This document shows positions 46,620 through 60,000 of a DNA stretch of 64,000 nt, one piece after another. A program made the translations under genes and the position numbers. Source of the DNA: Antedon mediterranea (taxonomy: Eukaryota > Animalia > Echinodermata); the NCBI RefSeq assembly GCF_964355755.1, contig NC_092676.1, forward strand, positions 29,344,871 through 29,408,870, in the 5' to 3' direction. Position 1 is the first letter of the stretch, and each line of letters begins with the position of its first letter. The notes beneath the pieces were generated by a model. That model worked only from the letters and a program-made list of their open reading frames with translations. It made no database searches and was not told the DNA's origin.

Positions 46620-47720
46620 AATAGCGCTGGATTTGGTTCTTGATGGAAGTTATATAATGAACTGGCATCTCTGCATTTAGACAGAAAATTACAATTCAAT
46701 GCAATATAGAGCTCAATTTGGTTCTTGATGAAGTTATATAAGGAACTGGAGTATTTGCTATTGAATGCAATATAGAGCTCAATTTGGTTCTTGATGAAGT
46801 TATATAAGGAACTAGAGTATTTGCTATTGAATGCAATATAGAGCTCAATTTGGTTCTTGATGAAGTTATATAAGGAACTGGAGTATTTGCTATTGAATGC
46901 AATATAGAGCTCAATTTGGTTCTTGATGAAGTTATATAAGGAACTGGAGTCTTTGCTATTAACGCAATATAGAGCTCAATTTGGTTCTTGATGAAGTTAT
47001 ATAAGGAACTGGAGTCTTTGCTATTAATGCAATATAGAGCTCAATTTGGTTCTTGATGAAGTTATATAAGGAACTGGAGTATTTGCTATTGAATGCAATA
47101 TAGAGCTCAATTTGGTTCTTGATGATGTTATATAAGGAACTGGAGTCTTTGCTATTAACGCAATATAGAGCTCAATTTGGTTCTTGATGATGTTATATAA
47201 GGAACTGGAGTCTTTGCTATTAACGCAATATAGAGCTCAATTTGGTTCTTGATGATGTTATATAAGGAACTGGAGTCTTTGCTATTAACGCAATATAGAG
47301 CTCAATTTGGTTCTTGATGATGTTATATAAGGAACTGGAGTCTTTGCTATTAACGCAATATAGAGCTCAATTTGGTTCTTGATGGAAGTTATACAATGAA
47401 CTGGAATCTTTGCTATTAACGCAATATAGAACTAAATTTGGTTCTTGATATAGTTATTTAAAAGTCTTTACAATTGGCTCTTATCTGGAAAGAAAATTGC
47501 AATTCAACGTTGTGATATAGAGCTCAATTTGGTTCTTGAATAACGATCTTTAAGGAAACTGAAGCATTTACATTTAGCACTTAACTGGAAAGAAAATTGT
47601 AATTCAACATATTGAGCTGAATTTTGTTCTTGATAAAGTTCTACATTTGGCTCTTATTCGAACAGAAAATTGCAATTCAACGTAATATAGAGCTCAATTT
47701 GGTTCTTGATAAAGTTGCTT
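46620..47720. repeat. 65/66-bp minisatellite between the convergent SRRM1 and SYNCRIP 3' ends
   Basis: GCAATATAGAGCTCAATTTGGTTCTTGATG... recurs at 46701, 46767, 46833, 46899, 46964 and onward (about 11 conserved units plus degenerate flanks). Confidence 0.95.
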
Positions 47721-49493
47721 AAGATTTAGAAGAATTTTCCATATGAATTTTAAAACTTCAGGTCAACATATTAAAGAAACCAATTTGGTTTCTTTGTCTT
47801 GTTAAAATACAGCTCTGTTAATCCAATTATTTAGTATCCATTGGTGGCAGTTGTTAAATCATCTAGGTTGAGCAGTCATCAATTTAGAAATATTTTTAAG
47901 GTGCCGTTCAGAATTATCCAGTGATTGTCAATTCCAAGATATTTGAGAATATAAATAATTTTCAGCAATTATAAAATTCTTGCCAATTTTCAGTTAAAAA
48001 AAAAAATTCAACGTAGCATTACTATGGAATGTTTTCAACAATGGCACCAAATTAAATCTTCAAAGCACAACAGCTGTCATAAATTTCTTTAAAAATCTCA
48101 ATTTAGAGACTTCATTTCTGTTTGGTTCCAAATTAGGAATATTAATAAATCGTTATTATAATGTTGATGCATCCACTGTCCAATCACACCTGTTGATGAG
48201 TTGCGTGTCCATGGCAATCGTCCGTCCATCCAATCATTCATCTCTGGCCACTGGTACCTGTAGACTTGGATCTGTGTTTTATTTTTAACACAAGCCAACA
48301 TCAAGGGTAACCAAAAAGCTTATCAATTGGATTTGTCCTCAAATTATTTCAGCAATTTCCTCTGGAGTTTTTTTTTTTCTCCTCACATTTTAGTTCTTTA
48401 TCCAAAATATATGGCATTAGTCTTGCAATTGTTAATAATATCCATTAATGATCATGAAATCTGTTTCTGAAAGTTACAATCTTACCTGAACAAATACAAA
48501 ACAATTTTACTAGTCTAAATTTGAAAATGGAGCACATACAAATTGATTGCCCATTTTTACAGACAAATTTTGACATGCACGATTTTTGTGTGTCTTTATA
48601 TATCCAACAGGATTAGGGTAGAATTCCAGTTGGCTCGGTATTTAAGGGGAAGGGAGGAAAAAAAAGAAAGGGATAGTGTTAGTACAAACATATAACATAG
48701 CAGGCAAATACTATAACACTGCAAATGATTTTAAGCTAAAATCTAATGTTTATATGATTCACATGACGAAAACAAATTTTATCTGCTTTGTATGAAATTT
48801 GTTCCATTTTTTTGTCAAACAAATAATTGAAATAGACACATTGAAAAGAAAACAAATTGAGACGTTTGTAAATTTTGTATTCTAGCAAAGCAGATTTCAC
48901 TACCTAAGTTTTATTCACCAATTTGACAACTTTACAATTTTTTTGACATTATTAACGAGAAAAAGAGCCAAAAATGTTGAAACATCAAACTACTTTTTAT
49001 TTTTACAACTAAATTTTACTTTCACTAAATTTTGATAAAATGAGTCTAAAATTAAAGCGCTGTTCTTTTAAAATTACTACATTTTTATGACCACATCTAG
49101 TCACAATCGGTATCTTTTTCAAACATTAAGAAATCGGATACGAGTTCAAAATAGTTTTTCATAGAAAAAAAATAATATATAAACACTTAAAAATGGTACG
49201 ACTATACTAAAATGGCATTTAGCCAACTAAATTTGAGTTCATGGAAGCTATTTATATTATAAATTCAGCAAATTGAATATCGACGATTCTGATGTTAACA
49301 AAATTTGAAATCATTAAAATCCTTTTTAAAGAGTTCTTGTTGAAAAAACGTTCCTCAATGATTCTGGGTTTATTTACATGGCAATGATTGGGAACACTAA
49401 ATACAGCTCACAAGTATAGAAAAATGTCATTATGGGTATGTAGAAACTTCAAAGTCCAGTGTTCAGACATACATTCATCCATAGACTATACAA

Positions 49494-52400
49494 CTAACTC
49501 CATCCACCCGAGTACGAGTCTTTGTACCAGTAGTCATTGCCACCAAGTGGCTGTTGGGCAATTGGTTGGGCACCCCATTGTGCTCCTGTTCTACCCCTTT
49601 TGGGATCCCCAGATGGTTGGCCATCATACTTGCGCTTTCCTGAAACATTGGCACCACCTCGCCCACCTCTTCCTCCACCACGCCCCCTCCCTCTCTGACC
49701 TCCACGCCCACCTGCCCCTCGACCTCCACGTCCTCTCATTCCACCGCCTCCTCCACCACCCATACCTCCTCTACCCCCACGCATTCCACCACGTCCTCCT
49801 TCCATACCACCGCCTCTACCTCCACGACCTCGCCCATATCCACCACCACCGCCGCTGCCATATCCTCCCCCAAATTCATAACCCCGATCGTAGTAGTAGT
49901 CATCGGCGGCCCATGGATCATCATACCCACCACGGTAGTCGTTACCATAATACTCCTCGTATCCACCACCAAAATAGTTATAGCCTCCACCGCCGCCTCC
50001 TCCTCCACCACCACCCATGAAGGAAGAAGGTCTTCCACGCATTCCTTGGCCACCTCCTCGTCCTCTGAATGGAACAGGTCCATAATCAAAGAAGGGTTTT
50101 CTTCCATACCCTCTGCAAAACAAAAAAGATATTGTTTAAAATAATATACAGACGCATGTTTTTAAGGGCATGTAGCTTTAGCACCAGAGTTGTTTTGCCA
50201 CAAACATGTAATGATGCATGATTTTGTTTAGTTTAAAATACACTATCAAACTTTATGTGAAATGTGGTGTGCCCATATATGGTAGTGATATACCTAAATA
50301 AAGTAGTCATTATGACATCATCATGTCCATATATGGGCACAACACATGTTTATGTAATAACAAAGTTTGATAGTGTAACCTTTATATTTTGATAGTAATA
50401 GTAGTAATTATACATCATTGTGTCCATATATGGGCACATCACATGTTTACGTAATAACATAAAGTTTGATAGTGAAATCTTCATATATTATATTTTACCT
50501 TTGTTTGTCCATATGCATCTTCATCTGCCTTTCTTTCTTTTTGTCTTTATCCTGAGGTGGTTTAGCAAGTGACACTTCTAAGGTGCTGCCTTCAAATGTA
50601 TTATTGTTCATTTCATTAATGGCTTTTTCAGCTGAATCACGGTCTTTGTAATGCACAAAACAGTAATCTTTTATTTTCTTGACGCGCTCAATATCGCCAA
50701 ATTCTTTAAACTTTTCTTGGATCCTTTCCTCGGAGGCTTCAGCAGTTAAGTTCCTGACATAGACAACTTTAACCTACAAAGATAAAATATAGAAAATGTT
50801 TAGGTTAATAATTTTTAATATAGCAGCTATTTTAGGTGATCTGAAAGATTAGATAAGCAAAACACAGGCCTTGTCTTTTAAAAATTATAGGTGTGCTACA
50901 AATTGCACTCCTCAATACATTCTGCTGTAGGTCTGCTGTTTGTATTTTGGTGTGTAGATGTTTACCAAAATTAAGCGTGTTGTAAATCGCACTCCTCAGG
51001 GGCAGTTTAGGAGTGTGTTAGGTGAGTGATCGCGCTCACTCAAAAGACTGATAACAAAATATCTTGAATATACTGACCTTTGACATTGTTTCTTCATCAG
51101 GTTGGGGTTGTGGGTCGGCCCAATCAACTGTGATGTCCACGCCATTCCAAACCTTAACACGCCCTGTTGAAAGCTTCCTCTTGGCAGTTGACGCCGCTTG
51201 GTGGGTTTCGTATTCAAGGAAAGCAAATCCACGGTTTTTCTTTCGATCTTCCGTCAGATATATTACAACTTCTCGTAAACCAGCTATGTTAAAAACAAAA
51301 TGTGATTATTTACCAATTATGTAACAATATACGATAGGTTTGGAAGATTTGCAGCACAGGTTTCAACAACGCAACTTGTTGAAACCAGCTTCATCAGAAA
51401 TTATTTATTAAACTTGTCTTAACCTCAAGAATAGGTCATTATTTTTACCTGGTAAACAAATTCCAACTGACTTTGACAACAAAATGACTTACGTGCATGT
51501 TTTTCAAATTCTTCCTTGATCTCCGCCTCAGTCTTATTCTTAGGAATTGACCCTACGTACAGTGTTACATTCGGTGTCGAATGTTTCACACACATAGCCT
51601 TGTTCCCCTTTAATACATGATCATTTAGCTGGGAAAATAGTACCAAATCACAAACGTAATTCTTTGTTCCAATATTACCCCAAAACATACTAAATCATAC
51701 AACAATTTTGACTAATGTTCAAGATTTTCATTATCGTGATTGCAAAATCTGATAAGCAAAAGAACAATAGCCTTGTCCAGAATAGATTTAGTACATTTTC
51801 TTGGGGGTTTGTTCACATCATATTAAACTTACGTGCATGTTGGCTAAACTCCTCCATAATATCTTCCCTTGTCTTGGATTTTGGTATGGGTGCAACATAC
51901 AACTTGCAATTAGCCACCGATCGAGTGACACCAATCTTTCGATTCGGCTGGATTTCCAAGTCGTTAAGCTGTTAAGTTAAGTTTGTAGAATTTTGTGTTT
52001 TTGTTTTTTTTGGTCCGAATACATACAATGGCCAATTATGGAATATAACATTCATTAAAATTTTGACTAGCGGTGACATACAAATCAGATATGCATTAGG
52101 AGATGGACTGCAGTGCAATATGTGAAAATCCGAAGCACACCCCAAAAATTCTACGGTAACAAGATTTTAGCCAACTGCATAAGATGTAAGAAAAACACTG
52201 ATATCAGACTACCTGCACTCAAATTACCTCTTCACTTCTAAAACATTAGTCAAATCATTAAAATTAGTTTCTTAACACCCTTAGACACTATTTTTTTAAT
52301 TGAAGGAGATGGCTTAAAGTGCAGATTAGCCTGATTTTAAAGCATTCAACAGACTTGCAAGCATGCAAAAACAAAAGAAAACATGCAAGATTGTTAACAG

Positions 52401-54242
52401 GTTTATAAAGCTCTGTCAACACTATTAAACTAGTTTACAAACAAAAAGTGTGATAAATATGGTAGTGATATGACATCACCTCCATATATGAGCATATCAC
52501 ATTTTTTGTCACATGAAGTTTGATAGTGTGGACAGAGCTTTAGAAAGTAGATGGATATAATTATCCTAAACAAAAACAAAATCGTGCATTTAGAATATTA
52601 CAGCCAAAACAATATTGGAATAATTCTTGCACATTTAAAGTTTATTTACAATGTATATAAATAGGGTGGATTCAAACCTATTAGACAACAATTTTACCAC
52701 TTTCAAAGGGTACTTGTACAATTAATATGCAATCCCAAAACCTATTTCAGAAGACAACACCCAAGTATTAATTGTGAACACTCCCACTTTGAGGAAACGC
52801 CTTAATATTTATTTTCAAAGACATACCTCAGACACAGCTTTCTTTGCACCATCTTTGTCACAGAAAGATACAAAAGCGTAACCTCTGTTGTTTTGCGTGT
52901 TTGGATCAATCATTAACCTCATGTCCCAGATTCTGCCGCATTTCTCAAACAACGGGACAAGATCATACTCAAAAACATCTCGTGGAAGCTTACCAACAAA
53001 TAACTGCGAAAACAAAATAATTCTGTAGTTTTAAAATATATCTTATTATTAAACAGGATGAATAACTCAAATCATAGATCATACTCAAAAACATCCTGTG
53101 AAAGTTTACCAACGAATAATTGAAAACAAAATAATAGTTCGAAAATCTATTGCAATATTAACAAGGATGAAAAACCAGAGAAAAGATAAGAGTTAAAACG
53201 AATTGTAAAAACTGGAGACAAAGAAACAAAGACCATGACAGAACTATGACAATCAAGAGATAAAGATTACAATGACAGATGCCAGCAAGAACGACAAAAG
53301 AAAACAATTGATAATTAGATAGAATTGAATAATAGCAACAAAGAAATCAAAATAATGAAGTCAGCAACAAAGCAAAGCTTTTGCATATGTTTAAGTACCT
53401 CTGTGTTGGCTGGAGCTGGTCCTTCCCAGTCAGGTGGTGGCCCTCCATATTTTCGTTGTCCCGTCGTTACATCTAGTGAATAACCCGTACTGGCTAATAA
53501 TTCCTGTAAAATACAAATGTTTTTGTTACGTAACCACAGATGTAAGTAGGTCATATCATTTGAAGACTGAACTTAAATAACCGAGTACAAAAGCGATTGT
53601 GAGGCTGTGTGTTTAAATTATACATTCACAAAATGTACAGAACATAAATTAAATTAGTTTATGTACCTGAACTTTAGCTTCATCTGGACCCATTTTGTCG
53701 GCTCCGGATTGCGCCCCTTTCATTTTTCGTTGCCTGTATGTTTTGATGACACCACAAAGGAATGCACTTTTATTATTTACATGAGTTAAGTCACTGTCTG
53801 AAAACTGTTTTAAAACACCAACAGCATCTGTTTCGTTTAGTTCTCTAAGAGCGTCTAATGCACGTTCATCAAGTTCTTCCTCTTGTAGCATCCCTGCAAG
53901 AAAAATTAATTTTATTTCTAAATTGAAGTGATTTAATAATCAATTAGAATTAGTTATGGCATAATTAATACAAAGAATAGCGGGCTTTCATTTTAAGAGG
54001 ATTGTTTTTCTAAATTGGGAAATGTCTGGTAATATAATGCCATAAGTACCATTGGAAAAGAATTTGTCCATCTCCTCTGCAACTTTCTGGGGGTAACCCA
54101 TCCCAAGAAATTTATCATAGTTCTCTGTTTTTGCTACTGGGTCTTCAGGTTCTTGTGATTCCTGCGTCTCCATTGGTTCTTCTTGTTCTGCTACTTCATC
54201 TACATTTTCCTCCTTGACGACATCTCCATTTGTTTCAGACAT
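49494..54242 (-). CDS. SYNCRIP: Heterogeneous nuclear ribonucleoprotein R/Q (Syncrip), 645 aa: acidic N-terminal domain, three RRMs, RGG tail
   Basis: Exons 54242-54050, 53893-53667, 53503-53399, 53003-52827, [51968-51833 or 51628-51493], 51283-51078, 50773-50499, 50112-49494. Motifs ELDERALDAL, NKSAFLCGV, TGYSLDVTTGQRKYGGPPP, NRGYAFV, KNRGFAFLEY, VDWADP, VSLAKPP, GKRKYDG, WGAQPIAQQPL. Non-coding first-exon donor at 54809/54810. Confidence 0.95.
50240..50476. mobile_element. MITE family A plus partial tandem duplicate
   Basis: acactatcaaac...atatggtagtgata...aagtttgatagtg, with the 3' half repeated. Confidence 0.7.
51493..51628 (-). CDS. SYNCRIP: SYNCRIP mutually exclusive exon 5b (136 nt)
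   Basis: TTTTCCCAG acceptor and C|GTAAGT donor; encodes LNDHVLKGNKAMCVKHSTPNVTLYVGSIPKNKTEAEIKEEFEKHA. Confidence 0.88.
51833..51968 (-). CDS. SYNCRIP: SYNCRIP mutually exclusive exon 5a (136 nt)
   Basis: AACAG acceptor and C|GTAAGT donor; encodes LNDLEIQPNRKIGVTRSVANCKLYVAPIPKSKTREDIMEEFSQHA. Confidence 0.88.
52407..52541. mobile_element. MITE family A
   Basis: aaagctctgtcaacactattaaac ... gtttgatagtgtggacagagcttt. Confidence 0.8.
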
Positions 54243-56824
54243 CTATTAATTATTATATATAGAAAAAAACATATATATATAATTTGTGCTGTTCAATTTA
54301 AGAATGTTTATAGGTGTAGGCTAGATCAAATAATTTAGCCTGCGATGTCCTAGTGGTAGGACAGCCGCGGTAGCCACAGCGCACACAAAACTACGATTTG
54401 CTTGCTGGGATAGGCCTAGATTCGGGCCTAGATTTCTTTGTTCTCTCGTCGCGTGTTTATGCCAGGCAGGCTAGCATTTTATTTAACACAGTTCGAGTCG
54501 TCTAATAAAATCTCTTTCAGAGCACATATCTGAGGCTGAATACAAGTTTTATTTAACATATTGATAAACTGCAGTGCAAACAATTATGGAAAATGGCTTA
54601 TTACCGCATTAAAAACAACAGGAAATCAACTGAATTAACCAATTTATTATCACGGAAAAATCTAAAATCGATTTAGGCCATGCCTGGCGTTTTAATCATT
54701 CATTACTAAAAAATATAAACACCAAAAATCGATATTAAAAACAATAAGTTAAGAGCCAAAAAGCCATACAAATATATCGCAAGACAAAATAAAAACAAAA
54801 AAACTTTACCTTGGAGATTATCGTTTAGAATTTTAACCCAAAAATGACCGCTAATTTTGAAAAATGTTACAACTTTGAAACAGAATTGTAGATAGAACAA
54901 GCTATGGAGAAAGGTGGTGTAGAGAGCCGCGTCGTGGGGAGGATTAAGGTAGCGTCAGCTCTCATAGACGGGTTTCATGGCCTCACTTGATTGGTTAAAA
55001 TGCATAATTGTTTCGCGGGCTATCCTAATATGGGTATGACATATCCATATTTGGGATTTACTTTTAACAGATTCCTTAGCTTTTATTAATCTTTTTGTGA
55101 GGCGGTCATCACCCTTTTGTTCAAAATACACAAAACTGTACAATAAAACGCCCTGCTATATAAATACGACATCGGACCAGGGAGGTGTCGGACAATACTT
55201 TTGTTGTTAAATCTTGTTATTCATGTACTGCTTTAAAAAAAAAAATGTAAGCATTTAATACTGCAGCAGCAGATCTACTATTTTTACAAACAGAGTAGAC
55301 TAGCAGCAATGAAGCATTGTGTAAAAGAATCATTATTCTTTACTCCATGTTATAGGCCTATTTGAATTTAGGTATCTTTATTTTTATAAAGTAAAATTTC
55401 GACAGTTCTTTTTTTAAAATTCTATAAGCATGTATAACACCAATCCGTCAGCCGTCTGGAAAGAAGAAATAATTGATTATTTAATTTGAAAATAAACATT
55501 AATTAAATGATTAGGCCATGGAGGATTTCTTTTCCCGACACACATCAGACTCGCCTTCCAATGTATTAGGTACACTGCTGGCATCGGTTTTACATAGACA
55601 TATGTTATTTTCAATCTTCTTAAAATGTATCTCACAAAAACATGAAAAATGAAGATTAATAAAAAAGACTTTGAATAGGCCATTTGGCAGTTTTAATAAA
55701 GGTAATAATCACTTCCGTAGAAAAAACCTTAACAAAGATTTTATAAATAAAAATTCTGCATGCTTTCGACATCGAGAAATAAGTTCTCTGAACGTCTTTT
55801 GTTTGTAAATGTTTATAAATTTCTGAAAACTCTGAAATTTAACACAAGATGAAGACAGATTGTATCACATAGGCCTAAGCACCGTAAGGATTTTTTTCAT
55901 CATGTGCGGCGTCCGACTGATGTTTGTATATAAGATAAGATAAGATAAATCTTTATTGTCATGAACACAACAAGGCGAACATGAATTAATATGCATTAAT
56001 TATGTCATTTGTACAATATGCCTACCACTTTACATTACCATAACACTAACAGCGGCGTTTATTTTTATATTTTTATTATATTTATTCTGTGTAGGCCTAT
56101 TTGTTTTTTACGATTTGACGTTAAACGAAAAAATAACTAATGTTTTCTGTTTGATTTCAATACGTCACACCACGATTATTCTTTATTTATTCTGGAGTAT
56201 TGGAGAGCCACTTTGATAGTGCTTGCACTGTTGGCAATCCTCGGGGTACTCCATCCACACTTGTTTTGATAATCATGTTAGTTCTTTCTGTTTGTATACC
56301 TGAAAATTGAATAAATAAATAAATGTAGACCTAAAAGAGAACAATTTATTCAGTATACTTTTGCAAAACATGTATAGTAAATAACAGAGGCGTTTCTATG
56401 TATTTAGTGTATTTATTTATACTGTGTATTTGTTGTTTTTTTACGATGTGACGTTAAAACAAAAAATAACAATTGTTTTCTATTTATTAAATGAATGAAG
56501 AACGTGTTGTACATATTAATTTTTGATTTAACGATTTCAACTTTTGAATCAACAAATCTATATAATAATAATGACCCTAAGTTTAACATCTATGGTGGTA
56601 TGAGAACAAAAAAGTATTTTGATAATTTCACCAGGGCGTTAAATACCATGGAGGAAAAATGGTTATACCTTCCTGATTTGACACTGTACTGTAATTACAT
56701 AACAAGGAGAGCAGGAGAGAAGAACAAAATGCACTCAATACAATTGACAGAGCGCCCTCTCCTTAATAGATATTCATAAATATTTATGAGGTAGATATGA
56801 CACGCGAACCATAAACATAAATAG

Positions 56825-56838
56825 GCCACCATGGCAAC
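56825..56838. promoter_or_regulatory. RFX X-box-like motif upstream of CCDC81
   Basis: GCCACCATGGCAAC (good right half-site, degenerate left half) about 170 bp before the ATG of a centrosome/cilia-associated gene. Confidence 0.5.
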
Positions 56839-57008
56839 ATCGCGCTTCAACGACAGATTCACTGTGGCCGATTTGTGTGGAAAGGAGGCGGAGAAGTTTT
56901 TATGTCACACATGACTGGAAATCAAACTTTAAAAACTCGGTTTTAACCACAAAACTTGCATTTTAGTTTTTTACCATCGACTTTATTATCAAGTCGTAAT
57001 AAGTTAAA

Positions 57009-60000
57009 ATGGCTGAGGTTATGCAAGAATTGGTTTCGGATGTGAAGAGGAATAAATTGTCTGCCATCCCAAAACTCACAGACGAAGGTAGGAATGATGT
57101 TTCCCCTGTGTTTTGTGTCTATCAGCTGTCTAGATCATCCTCTTTCTCTCCAGTATTGGTGGTCTAGCTAAAGGACCTAATAGACCTACAATATTCAATA
57201 TTTAAGTTTTCTACAGTAGGCCTATAAAAATTCCATTTTCATTTGAATTATAGATGTTGTTAGTGTTTGGGAAAATGTATCAAATTTTATAGAACATCAC
57301 ATGTCAATGCAGAAGGTAAATTTCAAGTTATATTTTTATTTCATAACACTATATTTTTATTATATTAATCCTACTTATATTTTTGATGAATTATAGGCCT
57401 AACTAATATTATTTTTATTTGATGTCTTGCATTTATATTTTTATTTCATTACTACACTTAATATATTTTTAATCCTTTTTATATAATTGATAAATAACAT
57501 CACATTTTTAATAATAATAATAATAATTTAATAATTAATATCCTGCCTGGATTTATATAGCGCCTGATGTTTTGAGCTGAACATTATTACCCAACCAATC
57601 ATTTTTTTTGGATCAAACACGTGACACGTATGGAAACATACTCCCATAATGCAACTAGTAATCAGCGCAAAGTTGTGTCTTGATCTAACCGGTACCCATT
57701 TATATACCTGGGTGGCAAACGCAAGTAAAGTGTCTTGCCTAAGGATACAAGCAATGCGGCGAGAGTTGGATTTGAACCTTGATCAGTAGTCGAACGTCCA
57801 ATACACTGCGCCACACACAGACTATTATGTAAACCTACTACTAGGCTATGTGTTGAGTGGGAGAAAATAAACAAAACAGCTAAACTATAGACCTAATTTT
57901 CTGAAAAATTTATTTTTGTATAATATAGTAGTACAGTATGGCGAGGTTTACACTACAGAGACTAACTTTCATTGTAAAATTCAATATTGTTTTATAACAT
58001 TCGCAAATTTAAAAATTTGATTTTATTTTTAGGGAGTGCAGATTCACGGGCTTGGTACGTTCACATTTAGCCAGAAAAAACTAGACATAGGAAACAACAA
58101 ATTTATCCTGATTCAAAGGCCAGTTTTTGTTCTAGCAGAAAAGTTTGCTCAAACCCATGGACTACACTACACAAAACACTATACCCTGGGTAAGAAAATA
58201 CATTTTTAATGTAAACTATTTTTACTGAGGATCTTTTTTCTTAAAAGTGTGTATATTTTAAATAAACAGATGTTTTTATATTCCAGTTCAGTGTTTTATC
58301 GTCTAATTTATTGGCCAAACCTTAGTCAAAAGCTTCAACTCTATAATTACCTATAATCAATCAATGTGTATAATTGAGAAAATTAAACTGTAAAGCTCTC
58401 AAATCTGTTAATTAGCAAAAAGGATTATACTCAAGATATAATATTCAAATTGATATACACTTGATTTCCTGTATGTATTATCATTACAAAATGACAGTGA
58501 TAAACTGGATTACTCTTCGTCTTATACCTATCTATCAATTTGTTTTCTTAGCTCTGGTAACACCTGCTTTCACATTAGATATTTCCGATTTAAAAGATGT
58601 TTTTTTCTATGATGATCAATAAGAGAACCATGCTAAGTTATTGTCTATCGGGCATTACTTAAACCTGCTTGTACTTCTTTCGGTTTAGATAATTAACAAA
58701 AATAAATGATCCTCTGACTCTCAGTGTATTAAAAAAATTCTTTATGAAAATTTGTTTTTATAAACTGTTCAGCTGCTACTTGCTAGCTATCCAATAAACA
58801 CTCCTGTTATGATTATCACACTATTCATTTATGTATACATTTTATTGCCCTAAGTACTTTAAATTTATAATTCTGATTTCATATCCCATTTTTATATATT
58901 TGTTAATTTTAATTTTGTTTTAATTTTTTCACCAAATATTTTTTCAAACATCTATTTGATTGAAGACAGTATGGCAGAGATATCGCTTTTATAATAGATT
59001 TCTTGTTTATTTAATATTTGTCAGTCCATCATAAACTCACTCTAAAGGGTTCCTTACTGTAAGTGGTAGATTGAGGCTCCTCTCAGTGTGAAAACAAATC
59101 TATATGCCAAATCCTTAATCCCCTCCGGTATCATCCAGTACAACAGGAAGTCAAGAAGATAATAACTTAACTTATTTTGTATTTTTTAGATGTTTTTATT
59201 TGAATGGTTGTTCTATCCTATAATTGTATTTATTGTGTTTTCTTTTTTTGATGAGCAATGAATTTCCTTTTTGAGGATCAATAAAAGTTATCTTATCTTA
59301 AGCTCTGTCAACACTATCAAACATTGTGACAAAAAAAGTGTGCCCAAATATGGTAGTGATATGACATCATCATGTCCATATTTGGACACATCATACTTTT
59401 TTGTCAAGTGTAAACAATTAGCCTTATAATTATTTTTATAATTCTCATGACTCGTGTGCTTGACAAGTTTTTAATAAATTACAAATGTAATGCTGATAAT
59501 AATAATAATCTTAACTGAATTTTTTTAGGCCAAATTCCAATTGTGCAACTCAACTTTTCGGCCCTCTCAATGGAGTCTCCATTTGACCGAGATACAAATG
59601 AAGCATGTGTGAAAGAGGTACTGCTGGCGTTGTCACGCTCCGTGCAATCACGTAGAAACGTTGAATTCACATTCACTGGTATCGGTAAACTGAGCATACG
59701 AGATGGAAAAGTGAAAATGAAATTCTACAAAGATTTTATTAATATGATGGATGGCTCGGGGCATCTTGCAGAATGCCTCAGAAATGTAAGTTGTAAACAT
59801 TAAAATATTTTCTTTTCAAAAGACAGACATGATTTCCTAAGAAGGTATATCCTTCCACTACTGTACTCACAAGTTTTCTTTTATGTTTTCTTTACAGAGA
59901 CCCGATACAACTGACTCGGTAATGTCTCGTGGAACTACATTTCGGCCTCACACCAGCAACACGCTTGTCTTACCAAGGTAGACTGTTTAAGCTATACAGT

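Noticed and set aside
49388-50107. His-rich + strand ORF (210 aa) and alternative minus-frame ORFs
   Set aside because: Shadows of the Gly/Arg-rich last SYNCRIP exon.
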